Shown: piece after piece, positions 46,621 to 61,248 of the stretch
How positions within the stretch are numbered: position 1 is the first letter of the stretch
How the letters are laid out: every line of letters starts with the position of its first letter
From: Magallana gigas
Lineage: Eukaryota
DNA: 64,000 bases
Assembly (NCBI RefSeq): GCF_963853765.1
Contig: NC_088857.1
Span: forward strand, 56,234,001 to 56,298,000
Direction of reading: 5' to 3'
Notes under the pieces: generated by a model
The model's database searches: none
What the model saw: only the letters and a program-made list of their open reading frames with translations
Told to the model about the DNA's origin: nothing
Made by a program: the position numbers and the translations under genes

Positions 46621-47047
46621 TTCTCAGCAAAGTTCGATAACTCTAAATTATCCAGATTTCTCTTATTCGTACCATAAATCTGACTTTTATACAGACAATT
46701 TTTAGTTTAGTATTCTAATGCTAGTATAACCACCAGTTACACAACTGCATGCTTGGCGTAGTGGATCCACGGAGCACTCCCACTTATATATACATCTTGG
46801 TATAGAGTTCAAGCCAATCGATGCACCTGGAATTTTTTTTAACTCAACTTGTTTTATTTATTCCATTATATCCATCGTAGGCAAATTTACAATTACTTTG
46901 TAAAATGCATTGATACTCTCTAAAAAATTCATTTTATGTCATTTCATTTATATAGGTTGAAAGGAAAATATAATTCTTATGATGAAAAAAATACTTTGAG
47001 GCTGAGGATCGGAGAATCTTGTTTTTGTATTAGATGCATGTATAGTG

Positions 47048-47343
47048 CAGGCACGAAGCATCGGGGGGGGGGGGGGGGGGGGGCAGGCCTCCATATAAAA
47101 AATTGAATTATCATTAGTTGCCCCCCCCCCCACCCCCCACTTTTTTGGGAGCATGTAAAAAATTAATTTGAAAATAAGGAATTTAGGATTGAAATTGAAG
47201 TTATATACCACGCCCCACCCACGGATTAGGATTTTTAATATTTTGGGAAAGTCCTAATGCCCTTTTTTTTCTTTGCTTGTCAAGATTTTTAGGATGAGTC
47301 TGCCCCCCCCCCCCAACTTTTCAAAAACGATGCTACGTGCCTG
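47048..47343. mobile_element. Poly-G/poly-C MITE with 5-bp TSD
   Basis: TIR CAGGCACG(A/T)AGCATCG / CGATGCTACGTGCCTG; TAGTG on both sides. Confidence 0.7.
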
Positions 47344-50336
47344 TAGTGACTCTTTTCACATGTATATCAATATATAAACTTATTTTTCTATTAATAAAGT
47401 GACATTTTTTTTAATGATGTGTGTACAATTTTTTTCTATCAACCATCAGAAAATACATCAATGAACTGTACTTGTTACGTTTAGTTATCAGCAAACTCTC
47501 CGTGACTTTCAATAATTACATAAAGGTGAATGGACGTGTAGAACTCAATTCCTTTACAGCAATGGAGCGATGCCACACAGGGACTGAGGCCCACTGCTTA
47601 TAAGGAGGAGTGGTACAGGTATATTGACCCAATTAGAATTCACATTGACTGAACTGTTTTACTTACTTATTAAATCTTTTAATTAAAAGAATTATAGTAG
47701 ATGTTGGATTATCCGTCATCTTTGTTTCCTCTGTTCTACCTTTATCCTCATCTGAAATATTCTGTCCCTTGGTGTTTTTGTCTTGAATAAGATTCTAAAA
47801 ATGTATTCAGACAATGAGAATAATTGATACCACTTATGAATGTTTTATGAGTGATATTTTAAATAAAAATTTAAACAAAATTCAATGTATTTTTGTTCAG
47901 CAGGAAAGGTGTCAACCCTACAATGGCACCAGAACTTTGGTGGAAGGGACAGCATTTGCCGTCCCAATATAATTTTTTGTAAGAGAGGGGATATTTGAAT
48001 TGTAATATATAAAAGTACAAAATCTGTACATATAAGCACCCTGGGTTTGGGTATTCGGCTGCTCTGCCTGAGCAATTTAAGAAATATGTAAGCGCGCGCT
48101 TTCTATCAACCCTAACAGCTATCACAAGCTAATACAATAACCAAACTCAAGTCTCGAAAGCCTTATTCAGGCACATAAGACTTATCCTAATACCAAGGGT
48201 TTGTCCTCACCTATTACGAAGTGAACACCTTCAGCTTCAGACTGCAACTGCCTTACAACCTCCGTTGTAGCCGCTTATATACTATCACAACCCACGTGAT
48301 CAACAAGGATCGAAAGGGAGTGATAAATCGGAAGCGCTTATTATTCAGCTCCAGTAAACAGAATGGGATAAACGATCTCGATTCCGACATTTTTTTTACA
48401 CCCATTTGTCTTCCTCAGAGCAGCAAATAACGTCTATCTGTGGACGGTTAGGCAGCGAAGTGTGAACGAAGTTTTCTGAACAAACACAATGTGTAGTGCA
48501 TGTATGGTAGGGTATTCTTCTCCATCTTCTTCCCGTATGCAGTAATGGAGTAAACTCGAATCAGGGAAGTATATACGTCCCTGCTGAAATTAATTGTAAA
48601 TACTCCAGTGCTTCCCTGGTGAACAGATAAAAACCTATATTAATTTTCAACTATTCAGCTAAAATAAAATAACTTAATAGACATCTTGGCATCTGCATCC
48701 TCTTCCAGACGACTGGTCCCTCTATTCCGAACCTGACTTGAAACTTATTGAAGGATCTCGGGCCTTTCCGGCAGGCTGTTTTTCCGAGCCTGCCGGAAAG
48801 GCCCGAGAAGTTGCGATTGTGAAGGAATATGAATTGAATTCAAATATTCTACTTATCATATGTTCACACCTAAGTAAAAAATGCATTGTATCCCTTTCCC
48901 GCAAGTTTTTTTTTTATTATATCATTCCCCCCCCCCCCCCCCCCAAAAAAAAAATCCAAAAAGGAGAAAGAAAGTATATATAGTAAAAATAAAGTGCAGC
49001 CGTTAATCCGTGTTATCCAGTTCATTCAGACCATAAATTTAGGGATTTAAAGCGAGGCTACGGGAATGGTTATTCTAAAAAAAAAGCTGTTCAAACAGGA
49101 TTTTAAAATTTCCGCTGAATTAAAACTAAAAATTACGCTAAACAAAATAACTTATATAGATGATTGTAAAAATATCTCTACGTTTATTCAGAATGAAAAA
49201 AAGTTCCAATAATGATAATGAAAAGCCATCTATTGTATATTAATAAAACTTTATATTTCCCTGCCATCGTCAAATTTTCATCATATCCCACTCCTTCAAA
49301 AGCCACATGAATTTTCATTCTATGCGTATGAAAAGTCCCAAGAATGAGCATACTTTTAGAAAAAAATCGTTTTAACCCCCCCCCCCCCCCCCCACACACT
49401 TTTTTTTTTAAAATCAGAAAACCTACATAGAAAGAATCCGGTAGACACAGTGATTTACAAGAGTTGAAATGGATAAGAACCCAATACATTCTAAATTATC
49501 ATCTGTCATTCTGTATGATAAATAATTCATTGCATGAACATTCGATTGATATGAAAATTTCCCGTCGTTGCCCTTGGGATATATGACATTCCCCGGGGGA
49601 ATAAATCTCCATATCTCCCTAAAATGCAATAAATGTATGTAATTTTTTTTTCAGTGCTTCGTATTCTAGGGAAGAGGGGTGTAGCATGATTTCTTTTGCA
49701 GAAAATTGACTTAAAATTTGGTAAAACCAAGAAGCTTCCGGGCGCTTTCCTCCCCTGGACCCCCACCAAAGCTTTGTCCTGGACCCACTGGGGGCCTCAC
49801 GGCGGCCCCCAGATCTCCGAGCGTTTTATGCGTACACTTCGTTTCCATTCTGGCTACGCTCCTGATCCTCCTTGAGAATTTACAGCAAAGTTTACAACTT
49901 ATAGGACATTCTGACAATAGGCTAACACTGTTGATTAATTCTCTGAAGAAAAAAGTTTTACAGCAACCATTTTTTAAAGTTCATCACTTTCCTATCATTC
50001 GTAATTTTAGGGCAGAGTTTTGAGGCTGTATGTACATTTCCTTGCATTCTCAGTTCTGTACAATATGCTGTAGAACATGTCACTATTTATATTTGTCTTG
50101 AAAAACGGTGTTCTTTTTTGTAGATAATTTTATTTTAGAAATGTGCTATTATGGTAATTGTTTATGTTACTATAAAAATAGAAGATAAACAGATTGAAAA
50201 AAAATCTGCTATTTTATGGGAATAAAAATATGTATAAGAATGTAATTCCAGTTTTGGGCCCACAGGGCATACAATATTATAATTATTAGATTGAAATTTT
50301 AAAAAGAGATTCTACACATAAAAATAGTCCATACAC

Positions 50337-51908
50337 ACTAGAGTTTGACCCGTGCGTGCACGGGTTGACATTGCATATCGGACATTTACGAAATAGGTAT
50401 ATCGACACACCTTATTATTGACATTTATAATGCTATTAGTTTCACTTCACTTTCCTTAGTTTCAATAATCTAACTGTCAGAATGCCTCCCTTATACCCAT
50501 AATGTAGCGGAAAATTGCAGAATCGCACCGGAACGATGTTGGAGAAAATTAATGAAGTTGCCTTGAAAATAATAGTCAAATTCATCACAACAAACCTTTT
50601 TGAGACTGCTAATACCTTTTAACTAAAAATTTTAATCCATAGAATGGAAGAATTCAACACCTTTTCACCAACGTACACGTATTTTCTTTGTAAAACTGGG
50701 TCCGTAGGACATTATTCATTTTTACGATAAAACATATTCTATCTTTACTCCTATTAAATATACATGTAATGTGACTTTTTTGCATGTAATCAAATATTTT
50801 TTTGTCACCACGAAGACAAAAGTAAGTACTTAGTTGAAATGTGTATTTGTTATTTTATACTTTCTCTCATAAGAAATCATTAATATATATGAACAGAATA
50901 TATAGCAAAAGTCCAATGAAAATTTACCCGTATTTGTATTACCATCATGCAGATGTGATAATGTGGAAACATAAACCAAAGATCCCGTTAGCGTGAATGT
51001 ATTGCGCATGTGCAAGATTGTAAAATCCAAAAAATCCAGGTGATTTCCGGGATTTTTTGAGGAATTTTCGTTGATTATTAATTAACGAAGCTTAAATGAG
51101 AAAAAATAAAAACAAATTGGTAATCTTCAAGTACCAATGATGACCCGTGCGTGCACGGGTTGACATTGCATATCGGACATTTACGAAATAGGTATATCGA
51201 CACACCTTATTATTGACATTTATAATGCTATTAGTTTCACTTCACTTTCCTTAGTTTCAATAATCTAACTGTCAGAATGCCTCCCTTATACCCATAATGT
51301 AGCGGAAAATTGCAGAATCGCACCGGAACGATGTTGGAGAAAATTAATGAAGTTGCCTTGAAAATAATAGTCAAATTCATCACAACAAACCTTTTTGAGA
51401 CTGCTAATACCTTTTAACTAAAAATTTTAATCCATAGAATGGAAGAATTCAACACCTTTTCACCAACGTACACGTATTTTCTTTGTAAAACTGGGTCCGT
51501 AGGACATTATTCATTTTTACGATAAAACATATTCTATCTTTACTCCTATTAAATATACATGTAATGTGACTTTTTTGCATGTAATCAAATATTTTTTTGT
51601 CACCACGAAGACAAAAGTAAGTACTTAGTTGAAATGTGTATTTGTTATTTTATACTTTCTCTCATAAGAAATCATTAATATATATGAACAGAATATATAG
51701 CAAAAGTCCAATGAAAATTTACCCGTATTTGTATTACCATCATGCAGATGTGATAATGTGGAAACATAAACCAAAGATCCCGTTAGCGTGAATGTATTGC
51801 GCATGTGCAAGATTGTAAAATCCAAAAAATCCAGGTGATTTCCGGGATTTTTTGAGGAATTTTCGTTGATTATTAATTAACGAAGCTTAAATGAGAAAAA
51901 ATAAAAAC

Positions 51909-51953
<45 letters not shown>

Positions 51954-53822
51954 TGATTTTAGAAATTTATGTTCGATCTTGATTTTGCTATTTAACAGCT
52001 ATACATGATTTAAACAGGAAAAGAGGATCTTCATTTAAAGTGCCTGATACTATTTTGTTTCAGGTGTAAGAGTTTTGTTCAACAAGTGTTTAGAAATTCG
52101 TCACCGTTCTTGAGATATCTCAGAAAGAATATTTTAGGGACCGGACCTTATCTCCTTATTGGGGCCGCTAAACAAAAATTGTAAGGTTGCATGTTACTAG
52201 GTATATTATTTTGAGCATCTTTTCTTTTATACTGCATTTCAAAATATTTTTTCTTTTTGAGATATAGGTTATCACATTTTTGGACTTTTGACCCCTAAAA
52301 ATCCTTAATTACGTAACACATGAGAAAAATCATTATAATGTTAAACTACACAACTGTTAGATAAACATATTTGCTTCTATAATCTATTACGAAATACCCC
52401 TCGGTAAAGAACTATAGGAAAAAGACTTTAGAGCCCTCTAGGTCCCTAATATTAGGGGCTAGCCCCTTTTTCATGGTATCAAATGAAAGGTCATTTGATT
52501 ATAAAGACATTTTGTTCAACAAGTGTTCAGAAATCCGTTACCATTCTTGAGATATCTCAGAAAGAATATTTTAGGGGCCGGTCCCTTATCTCCTTATTGG
52601 GGCCGCTGGACCAAATTTTTTAGGTTGCATGTTGTTAAGGACATCATTTTGAGCATCTTTTCATTTATACTGCATTTCAAAATATTTTTCCGTTTTGAGA
52701 TATAGGTGGTCAAAGTTTTGGACTTCTGACCCCTAAAAATCCCTAATTACGTAACATATGAGAAAATCGTTATACTGCTTGGCTTCATAACTGTAAGATA
52801 AACATATTTGCTTCTAAAATTTATTACAAAATATCCCTCAGTAAAGAACTATAGTAAAAAGACTTCAGAGCCCTCTAGGTCCCTAATATTAGGGGCCAGC
52901 CCCTTTTTCTTGGTATCAAATGAAAGGTCATTTAATTATAAAGACATTTTGTTCAACAAGTGTTCAGAAATTCGTTACCATTCTTGAGATATCTGAGAAA
53001 GAATGTTTTAGGGGCCGGTCCCTTATCTCCTTATTGGGGCCGCTGAACCAAATTTTTTAGGTTGCATGGTGTTAAGTACATCATTTTGAGCATCTTCTCT
53101 TTTATACTGCATTTCAAAATATTTTTCCGTTTTGAGATATAGGTGGTCAAAGTTTTGGACTTCTGACCCCTAAAAACCCCTAATTACGTAACATATGAGA
53201 AAATCGTTTTACTGCTTGGCTTCATATCTGTAAGATAAACATATTTGCTTCTATAATTTATTACAAAATATCCCTCGGTAAAGAGTTATGGGTAAAAGAG
53301 TTAAGAGCCCTTTAGGTCCCTAATATTAGGGGCCAGCCCCTTTTTCTTGATATCAGCAGAAAGGTCTTGTAAATATAAACCTTTTTTACATTACATGTTT
53401 TAACAAAATATTTTCCAGAAAAGAGATAAAGAGAGAAAAACACAAAAATTCACGACGCTTTTTTAATGTCAATTTTCGAGCCATAGCGAGCTTTGGCGCC
53501 AGTAGTGCTTAACATACAAATCAACAATCATGCAAAACTTCAATCTTTCCTTTACCTACCGTAAAAATTTGAGCTTAATATCTCTTATAGTTTAGGAGAA
53601 CAACAGAAGACAAAATACCCATATAAAAATTGGAAAAATCTCAATATCTCAAAAACGGATGTGACGTCATCAACACAAAAAAAATTTAATCAGGTTCAGA
53701 CCAATATCTATCATATCTGAAAATTTGATTGAGATCGGACGAGTCGTTTCTGAGAAATCGCGTGCACAAAAATAGGAAGAAAAAAAATAATAATAATAAG
53801 AATAGGGAAAAAGAAACAAAGC

Positions 53823-53864
<42 letters not shown>

Positions 53865-56368
53865 GGTAATCTTCAAGTACCAATGATGACCCGTGCGTGC
53901 ACGGGTTGACATTGCATATCGGACATTTACGAAATAGGTATATCGACACACCTTATTATTGACATTTATAATGCTATTAGTTTCACTTCACTTTCCTTAG
54001 TTTCAATAATCTAACTGTCAGAATGCCTCCCTTATACCCATAATGTAGCGGAAAATTGCAGAATCGCACCGGAACGATGTTGGAGAAAATTAATGAAGTT
54101 GCCTTGAAAATAATAGTCAAATTCATCACAACAAACCTTTTTGAGACTGCTAATACCTTTTAACTAAAAATTTTAATCCATAGAATGGAAGAATTCAACA
54201 CCTTTTCACCAACGTACACGTATTTTCTTTGTAAAACTGGGTCCGTAGGACATTATTCATTTTTACGATAAAACATATTCTATCTTTACTCCTATTAAAT
54301 ATACATGTAATGTGACTTTTTTGCATGTAATCAAATATTTTTTTGTCACCACGAAGACAAAAGTAAGTACTTAGTTGAAATGTGTATTTGTTATTTTATA
54401 CTTTCTCTCATAAGAAATCATTAATATATATGAACAGAATATATAGCAAAAGTCCAATGAAAATTTACCCGTATTTGTATTACCATCATGCAGATGTGAT
54501 AATGTGGAAACATAAACCAAAGATCCCGTTAGCGTGAATGTATTGCGCATGTGCAAGATTGTAAAATCCAAAAAATCCAGGTGATTTCCGGGATTTTTTG
54601 AGGAATTTTCGTTGATTATTAATTAACGAAGCTTAAATGAGAAAAAATAAAAACAAATTGGTAATCTTCAAGTACCAATGATGACCCGTGCGTGCACGGG
54701 TTGACATTGCATATCGGACATTTACGAAATAGGTATATCGACACACCTTATTATTGACATTTATAATGCTATTAGTTTCACTTCACTTTCCTTAGTTTCA
54801 ATAATCTAACTGTCAGAATGCCTCCCTTATACCCATAATGTAGCGGAAAATTGCAGAATCGCACCGGAACGATGTTGGAGAAAATTAATGAAGTTGCCTT
54901 GAAAATAATAGTCAAATTCATCACAACAAACCTTTTTGAGACTGCTAATACCTTTTAACTAAAAATTTTAATCCATAGAATGGAAGAATTCAACACCTTT
55001 TCACCAACGTACACGTATTTTCTTTGTAAAACTGGGTCCGTAGGACATTATTCATTTTTACGATAAAACATATTCTATCTTTACTCCTATTAAATATACA
55101 TGTAATGTGACTTTTTTGCATGTAATCAAATATTTTTTTGTCACCACGAAGACAAAAGTAAGTACTTAGTTGAAATGTGTATTTGTTATTTTATACTTTC
55201 TCTCATAAGAAATCATTAATATATATGAACAGAATATATAGCAAAAGTCCAATGAAAATTTACCCGTATTTGTATTACCATCATGCAGATGTGATAATGT
55301 GGAAACATAAACCAAAGATCCCGTTAGCGTGAATGTATTGCGCATGTGCAAGATTGTAAAATCCAAAAAATCCAGGTGATTTCCGGGATTTTTTGAGGAA
55401 TTTTCGTTGATTATTAATTAACGAAGCTTAAATGAGAAAAAATAAAAACAAATTGGTAATCTTCAAGTACCAATGATGACCCGTGCGTGCACGGGTTGAC
55501 ATTGCATATCGGACATTTACGAAATAGGTATATCGACACACCTTATTATTGACATTTATAATGCTATTAGTTTCACTTCACTTTCCTTAGTTTCAATAAT
55601 CTAACTGTCAGAATGCCTCCCTTATACCCATAATGTAGCGGAAAATTGCAGAATCGCACCGGAACGATGTTGGAGAAAATTAATGAAGTTGCCTTGAAAA
55701 TAATAGTCAAATTCATCACAACAAACCTTTTTGAGACTGCTAATACCTTTTAACTAAAAATTTTAATCCATAGAATGGAAGAATTCAACACCTTTTCACC
55801 AACGTACACGTATTTTCTTTGTAAAACTGGGTCCGTAGGACATTATTCATTTTTACGATAAAACATATTCTATCTTTACTCCTATTAAATATACATGTAA
55901 TGTGACTTTTTTGCATGTAATCAAATATTTTTTTGTCACCACGAAGACAAAAGTAAGTACTTAGTTGAAATGTGTATTTGTTATTTTATACTTTCTCTCA
56001 TAAGAAATCATTAATATATATGAACAGAATATATAGCAAAAGTCCAATGAAAATTTACCCGTATTTGTATTACCATCATGCAGATGTGATAATGTGGAAA
56101 CATAAACCAAAGATCCCGTTAGCGTGAATGTATTGCGCATGTGCAAGATTGTAAAATCCAAAAAATCCAGGTGATTTCCGGGATTTTTTGAGGAATTTTC
56201 GTTGATTATTAATTAACGAAGCTTAAATGAGAAAAAATAAAAACAAATTGGTAATCTTCAAGTACCAATGATGTTTAAAATATATAAAACAAATGACAGT
56301 ATTCTTCCGATTTCTCGGTATTAAAGACCAAAAATTCGAGTCTATTATTTTAATATAGTAGTATAGAT
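50337..56368 (+). mobile_element. Helitron/Helentron-like non-autonomous element whose body is tandemly amplified (5 x 795 bp)
   Basis: GACCCGTGCGTGCACGGG at 50347, 51142, 53888, 54683, 55478. Single 5' end ACTAGAGTTT and single 3' end ...TATAGTAGTATAGAT. Confidence 0.85.
51912..53862 (+). mobile_element. Nested 1951-bp Helentron-type element with ~3 x 437-bp internal repeats
   Basis: Interrupts ACAAA|TTGGT of array copy 2. 5' palindrome CTCGTTGCGAGCAACGAG plus GGTCTTCCGT; 3' hairpin AAGGTCTTCCGT-TGGAA-ACGGAAGACCTT; GGTCCCTAATATT at 52441, 52878, 53315. Confidence 0.85.
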
Positions 56369-56486
56369 ACATGAAATACAAAGATGGCATCATGATCTGT
56401 ATGAGTATGAAACTAATTCACTATAAAGGACATTCAGTAAGAAAGTAACATTCAGCTTGTAAACATTTTGGGTTACATAATAAACA

Positions 56487-57038
56487 CATAGGCGTCGGAA
56501 CCGGGGATGCTTTTTTTTTTGCAAAGTTAGAGCTAACCATCAGGCACATAGCATCAGGGAGGGGTCACCCCCCACCCCCCCCCCCCCACACACACACACA
56601 CACTTTTTCTCGCAGCAAACATAACTTTTCTTTAATCCCCCCCCCCCTCCCCGACGGATTAGGAATTTCAAGATTTTTGGCATCTTCCCAAGTCAAGGGT
56701 TTCAGAAACCCTTAATTGACTTGGGAAGATGCGGATCAGAAACCCTTAATTGACTTGGGAAGATGCGGATCAGAAACCCTTAATTGACTTGGGAAGATGC
56801 GGATCAGAAACCCTTAATTGACTCGGGAAGTTGCGGATCAGAAACCCTTAATTGACTTGGGAAGATGCGGATTAGAAACCCTTGACTTGGGAAGATGCGA
56901 ATCAGAAACCCTTGACTTGGGAAGATGGATTTTGGGGATTACCCCCCCCCCCCTTTTTTTTTTTACTTGTCCAGAATTCTGATGATTAGTCTAGCCCCCC
57001 CCCCCCCCCCCACTTTCAATTTGCTTCCGACGCCACTG
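56487..57038. mobile_element. Poly-C MITE containing a 34/30-bp tandem array
   Basis: Termini CATAGGCGTCGGAA / TTCCGACGCCACTG; AAACA on both sides; seven TCAGAAACCCTT(AATT)GACTTGGGAAGATG units at 56702-56928. Confidence 0.7.
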
Positions 57039-59443
57039 AAACACGTCCTTTTAGTTCTTACAATACTACAGGAATTCTTTCACCAGTATTATTTTTTACA
57101 AATTCATATCTCGTAAGTCATGTACAGCACTCTAATTGTTGTACAGGATGACAAAACAGTAATTTTGCTTCAATTTTAAATCTCCAAATAGTTTACAAGC
57201 ACAAACTTGACACCAATTACATCACTATTTTTTTTTATTTTTGGTAACTGAAGTGATGAATTACAGGTTTTCCAAAAAATTGTATATCAAAATTGAAGTT
57301 TTTATTGCTATTAAAGTATACATGATCATGCGAATGGGAATGTTTTACGAGCAGTCCCTCCCTGTAATTTTTTTAGAGTTAACAATATCGTTTAATGAAA
57401 TTGTTATATCTACGGTAGTGCTTCAAAAATGCCCAATACCCTTGTAAACAAGCTCCCGAAAAAGTGTTTGAAAATTTCAAGTAGATTAATTTAAATCGCG
57501 TACAACAAGTTCCAGTTATTAAACACAGTTCAAAACTCTGCCGGTAGATGAAATTTCCAACAAGGACATTTTTCAACGTGTAAAGGTCATTATAGGTTCG
57601 AAAAAATTAAAGCTGTTGAAGATGATCCCGGGTATAAATTCGACTTGGTCTCATTTTTCAATGTTGAAAAAGCACCCGGGTCAATACTCAAGGTTGAAAT
57701 ATGCCCCCGATTCAATATTCAACCTGGGTCAATATTCTTCGTTACACCAATATTTGGCTGTTATAAACATTTTAATTTCAAAATTGTTTAATAAAACCAC
57801 AGATACAATGTCGGGGAATCGCCTCCGTTCATAATGCATAACGTTACGCTATTTTATAGCAGAGTTATCTCTCTTTTTTCATTAAAACGGAAGTAATGCA
57901 GTTGTAAACATGGCCGATGAATTAGTGGGAGGACGGAGATTTTGTTATCAATTCTTTAAGAAATGCGAACCAGAAGAAATGTAGGAACATGTAAGTAAAC
58001 GATAGGTTGTATTTAATAACCAGTAGATGATATATGTTAAATTGATAAGCGGTCACGTTTGGAAGAACGCAGTAGAGGTCTTTTTTAGAGAAAGGCATTG
58101 ATTTACGAATAAACATCTGGTCAGCTGATTGGAGTTTAAAGGAATAAGTGCTAATTGCGAAGTATTTCATGGATTAAAGATGCAAAAAAAAAAAAAAACA
58201 TTTTGCTATGACCTCTTGAAATTTAGCGTTACACCCCACCCCTTTAAAAAAATTATTATAGTGCTCCAGAGATAAATCGTTAAATTTCAAACACATCTTT
58301 GAAATTGATATCCTGCAGATATCTTTACTCACTTGTGTAGAGGATCTCAAAGATGGTTTAAACCAGACAAATTAACGCTTCCTGAAATGGGTCAGAAATA
58401 TTGAATTGCAAATCATCAGCTTTAATATTTTGACAAGTGACAGTATAGAGAGTTGACGCCACCGAGAGTTGCATTAGACTGTACAACTGTTTTTCAGTTT
58501 CCGCTAATGGTTAGGTTTAAGTAATAAGTGCCCCCCCCCCTCCCCCATTCAAAACCTGTTGAGGCTCAGCATGTCTTTCCTGCTGAATTTGACTGTGTAT
58601 TGTTTAGAATCTGAGAATGTACATGACTGTACTGCACATTAATATCCTAAATAACCAAAACTTAGACATTCAGCTGGTCTAGCTGAGACCCAATAACTGA
58701 GACAAGCTCTCTATTTATGAACCTCACCCCAAATTTTTGTACTTGCGAGACTAAGATAAAAAGCGAATCACCTTGTCAAACTATTTTGACCTTGTGTAAA
58801 AAGTAGAAGAACACAAAAAATGGCATGAATTCGTCATAGTTATTGCATGTTTAAGGAAATATTGTTTTGAACATATTGTGTATTATAAAATATACAATAT
58901 ACTAAAATTATGTTTTAAATGAAAGTTTTTACTAACGGTACTTTAATACAGGGTTTGGAAGCTGTCATATGTAAACAAATAGAAATGCATGAACAAACAC
59001 AGGGTGTTATGTGGTCATGAGGTTGTTTGGTCAGTAACTGAAAAAAGGAGAAACCTGGCTATCAACATGTGTCTGTGTAAATAACAGTACATATATTGGA
59101 ATTTCATATGCAAATTGTCTTGACATCAATATCCCTTTGGTCAAAGCACATCAAACAGCGAAAGCTTAAAGGTCTGATGGAAATTGAGAACTTTAAATTT
59201 CTCACTGTGTCAGTGGTCAGAGAGACGCTGACTTTGGCCATGTCTCTGTCTATTCAAAGTCTCCACCAGGCTTTTGTCTGTTTCTTCTATGATAACAAGA
59301 TGAATTTGGTTATGCATATGATGAATTAACTTTGAATATTTTATTATTTTAAAATCAATAATCTGCATATACAGATGGAGTAATTGAACTTAAACAGCTG
59401 TGATTTTAGGATTGATTGCTTTTAATTTTAAGCCTTTAAAAAC

Positions 59444-59447
<4 letters not shown>

Positions 59448-59490
<43 letters not shown>
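59448..59490. repeat. (AG)n microsatellite
   Basis: About 21 uninterrupted AG units. Confidence 0.95.
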
Positions 59491-59492
<2 letters not shown>

Positions 59493-61248
59493 TAATTAAA
59501 ATTTGCAAGATAACCACATGCTGCATCAATATGAATTCACTCAATGTAATGGTAGTACAGCTGCCATTGTTGAGAACAGCTTGAAGGCTATTAGCATTAG
59601 TATAAGTATTAAAGATTAGTGTTAATAGATTATCATATTTATATATGGATGATTCACTGGTAAACTACTAAAAATGGGAATCACATTTGTGAAACACATG
59701 TGAAGCCGTATAATTGCAGATTACTTTTCCCCATTATGTTCTAAAGGTTAAGTCCTGTATTTTATTTGTAGGCATCATTAACTGTTGATGGAGTTTGATT
59801 TGACAGAGCTACATTCTAACATTTTACAAAAGTCAACTACATGTATGTTTGCTGTGACAAATACAGTGTGTTAAATTCTGTTTGCTTTGAGTTCAGCTGT
59901 TTGTTGTGAAATAGTTTATTTTTCTACTTCCAAGGATCTGAAGAGTTTGATGTTTGGTTTACATTCTGTCCAAAACTTGAACCTTCCATTGCTCTAATGT
60001 AGGTTGTATTGGGGCACCTCCATCTTGTAAAACATAATCGTAAACTCTACAATAATCGTACAACTTTACGACAATCACTCCAGACTGATCCTGCCAATAG
60101 TTAACATGGGGAGGTGTATGTTTCCCGGTGATTACCATAGAAAGTTCTGTGTTCGTGTGGTTGTTTATGTTTGGAGGGTGGAGCAGGATTATGCAGAATG
60201 TAAACGACCATTATGTGACTTCATCACATCAAATACACAATCAGTTGCTTTCATGATCATGGGGCATTTAATGAAAGTTGTAAAATACGGTAAAGACCAA
60301 CTTTTGCACTTACACCTCCTTTAAGTTATTAATGACAACTTAATGTTCTTTACTAATCTATTTAATGTGGCTGTGACCAACGACTAGGGAGAGAGTTAAA
60401 TTTTGTATAAGTACAATATGTAACAAATTTTACAATGCATATGTACATATGAAGCTGTATACATTTATATATCAATTAAGTATGGTTTAGTATTCTAACT
60501 TTTGGAATGTTTTTGAGTGTGGTTTCTGTTGGTTAGATATTTGTGTGAGGGTTGTTCATGGTGGTGTGTCGTTGATGTAGACTGTGTGCCAGTCCCTGAC
60601 GGACATTGATGCATGTGCAATTCTAACTTGTGCCTGACCTTGACCTTTAGGACTGGTGTGTTTACATACAAGTACTATGTATGTGTACAAGTACCAGTAC
60701 TTCATGTAAGAACAAGTGTAGACCGATGTTTACAGAGCGGTGTGTGAAGCACTTCCTGTATAGTCCATGCTTTATCTCAGAAATCTGTGTTTATCTTGAT
60801 ACTGATTTTTTAACATTAGTACGGTACACGGGATGATCAGATACCTGAGAGTATTGTATCAGGTACAACTAACCGACCAGTCAAGTATTTTCATGATCAG
60901 TAATACTGTAACAGTAGTACCTGTAGTGGATATCCTTCCTCAAAACTAGCTATAGCAGTAGGAAGAGGGAAGAATTGCCTGCTTAGTACATGTATATTAA
61001 TTAAACAGTTGAATGACTGCAAATGGACTGTTCATCACACTTATGTCATATGAATGTGGAAATAATTCAACTCTAGAAGCAAGTTTCAATGGCTTTTTTT
61101 ATTAATTGAGAAAAATTTGAAAAATGATTTCTTCCTGCTGATATGGCATATATTGAATTATATATAATATTCATTCACATTTTACGTCAATATTTTTTCT
61201 CATATGCAGATGAGTGGATTTGTGGGAAAATATTAAAAAAGTGCTGCC

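Noticed and set aside
50830-56161. Five identical 66-aa ORFs (MDFTILHMRN...)
   Set aside because: Shadow ORFs of the 795-bp repeat unit with no domain signal.
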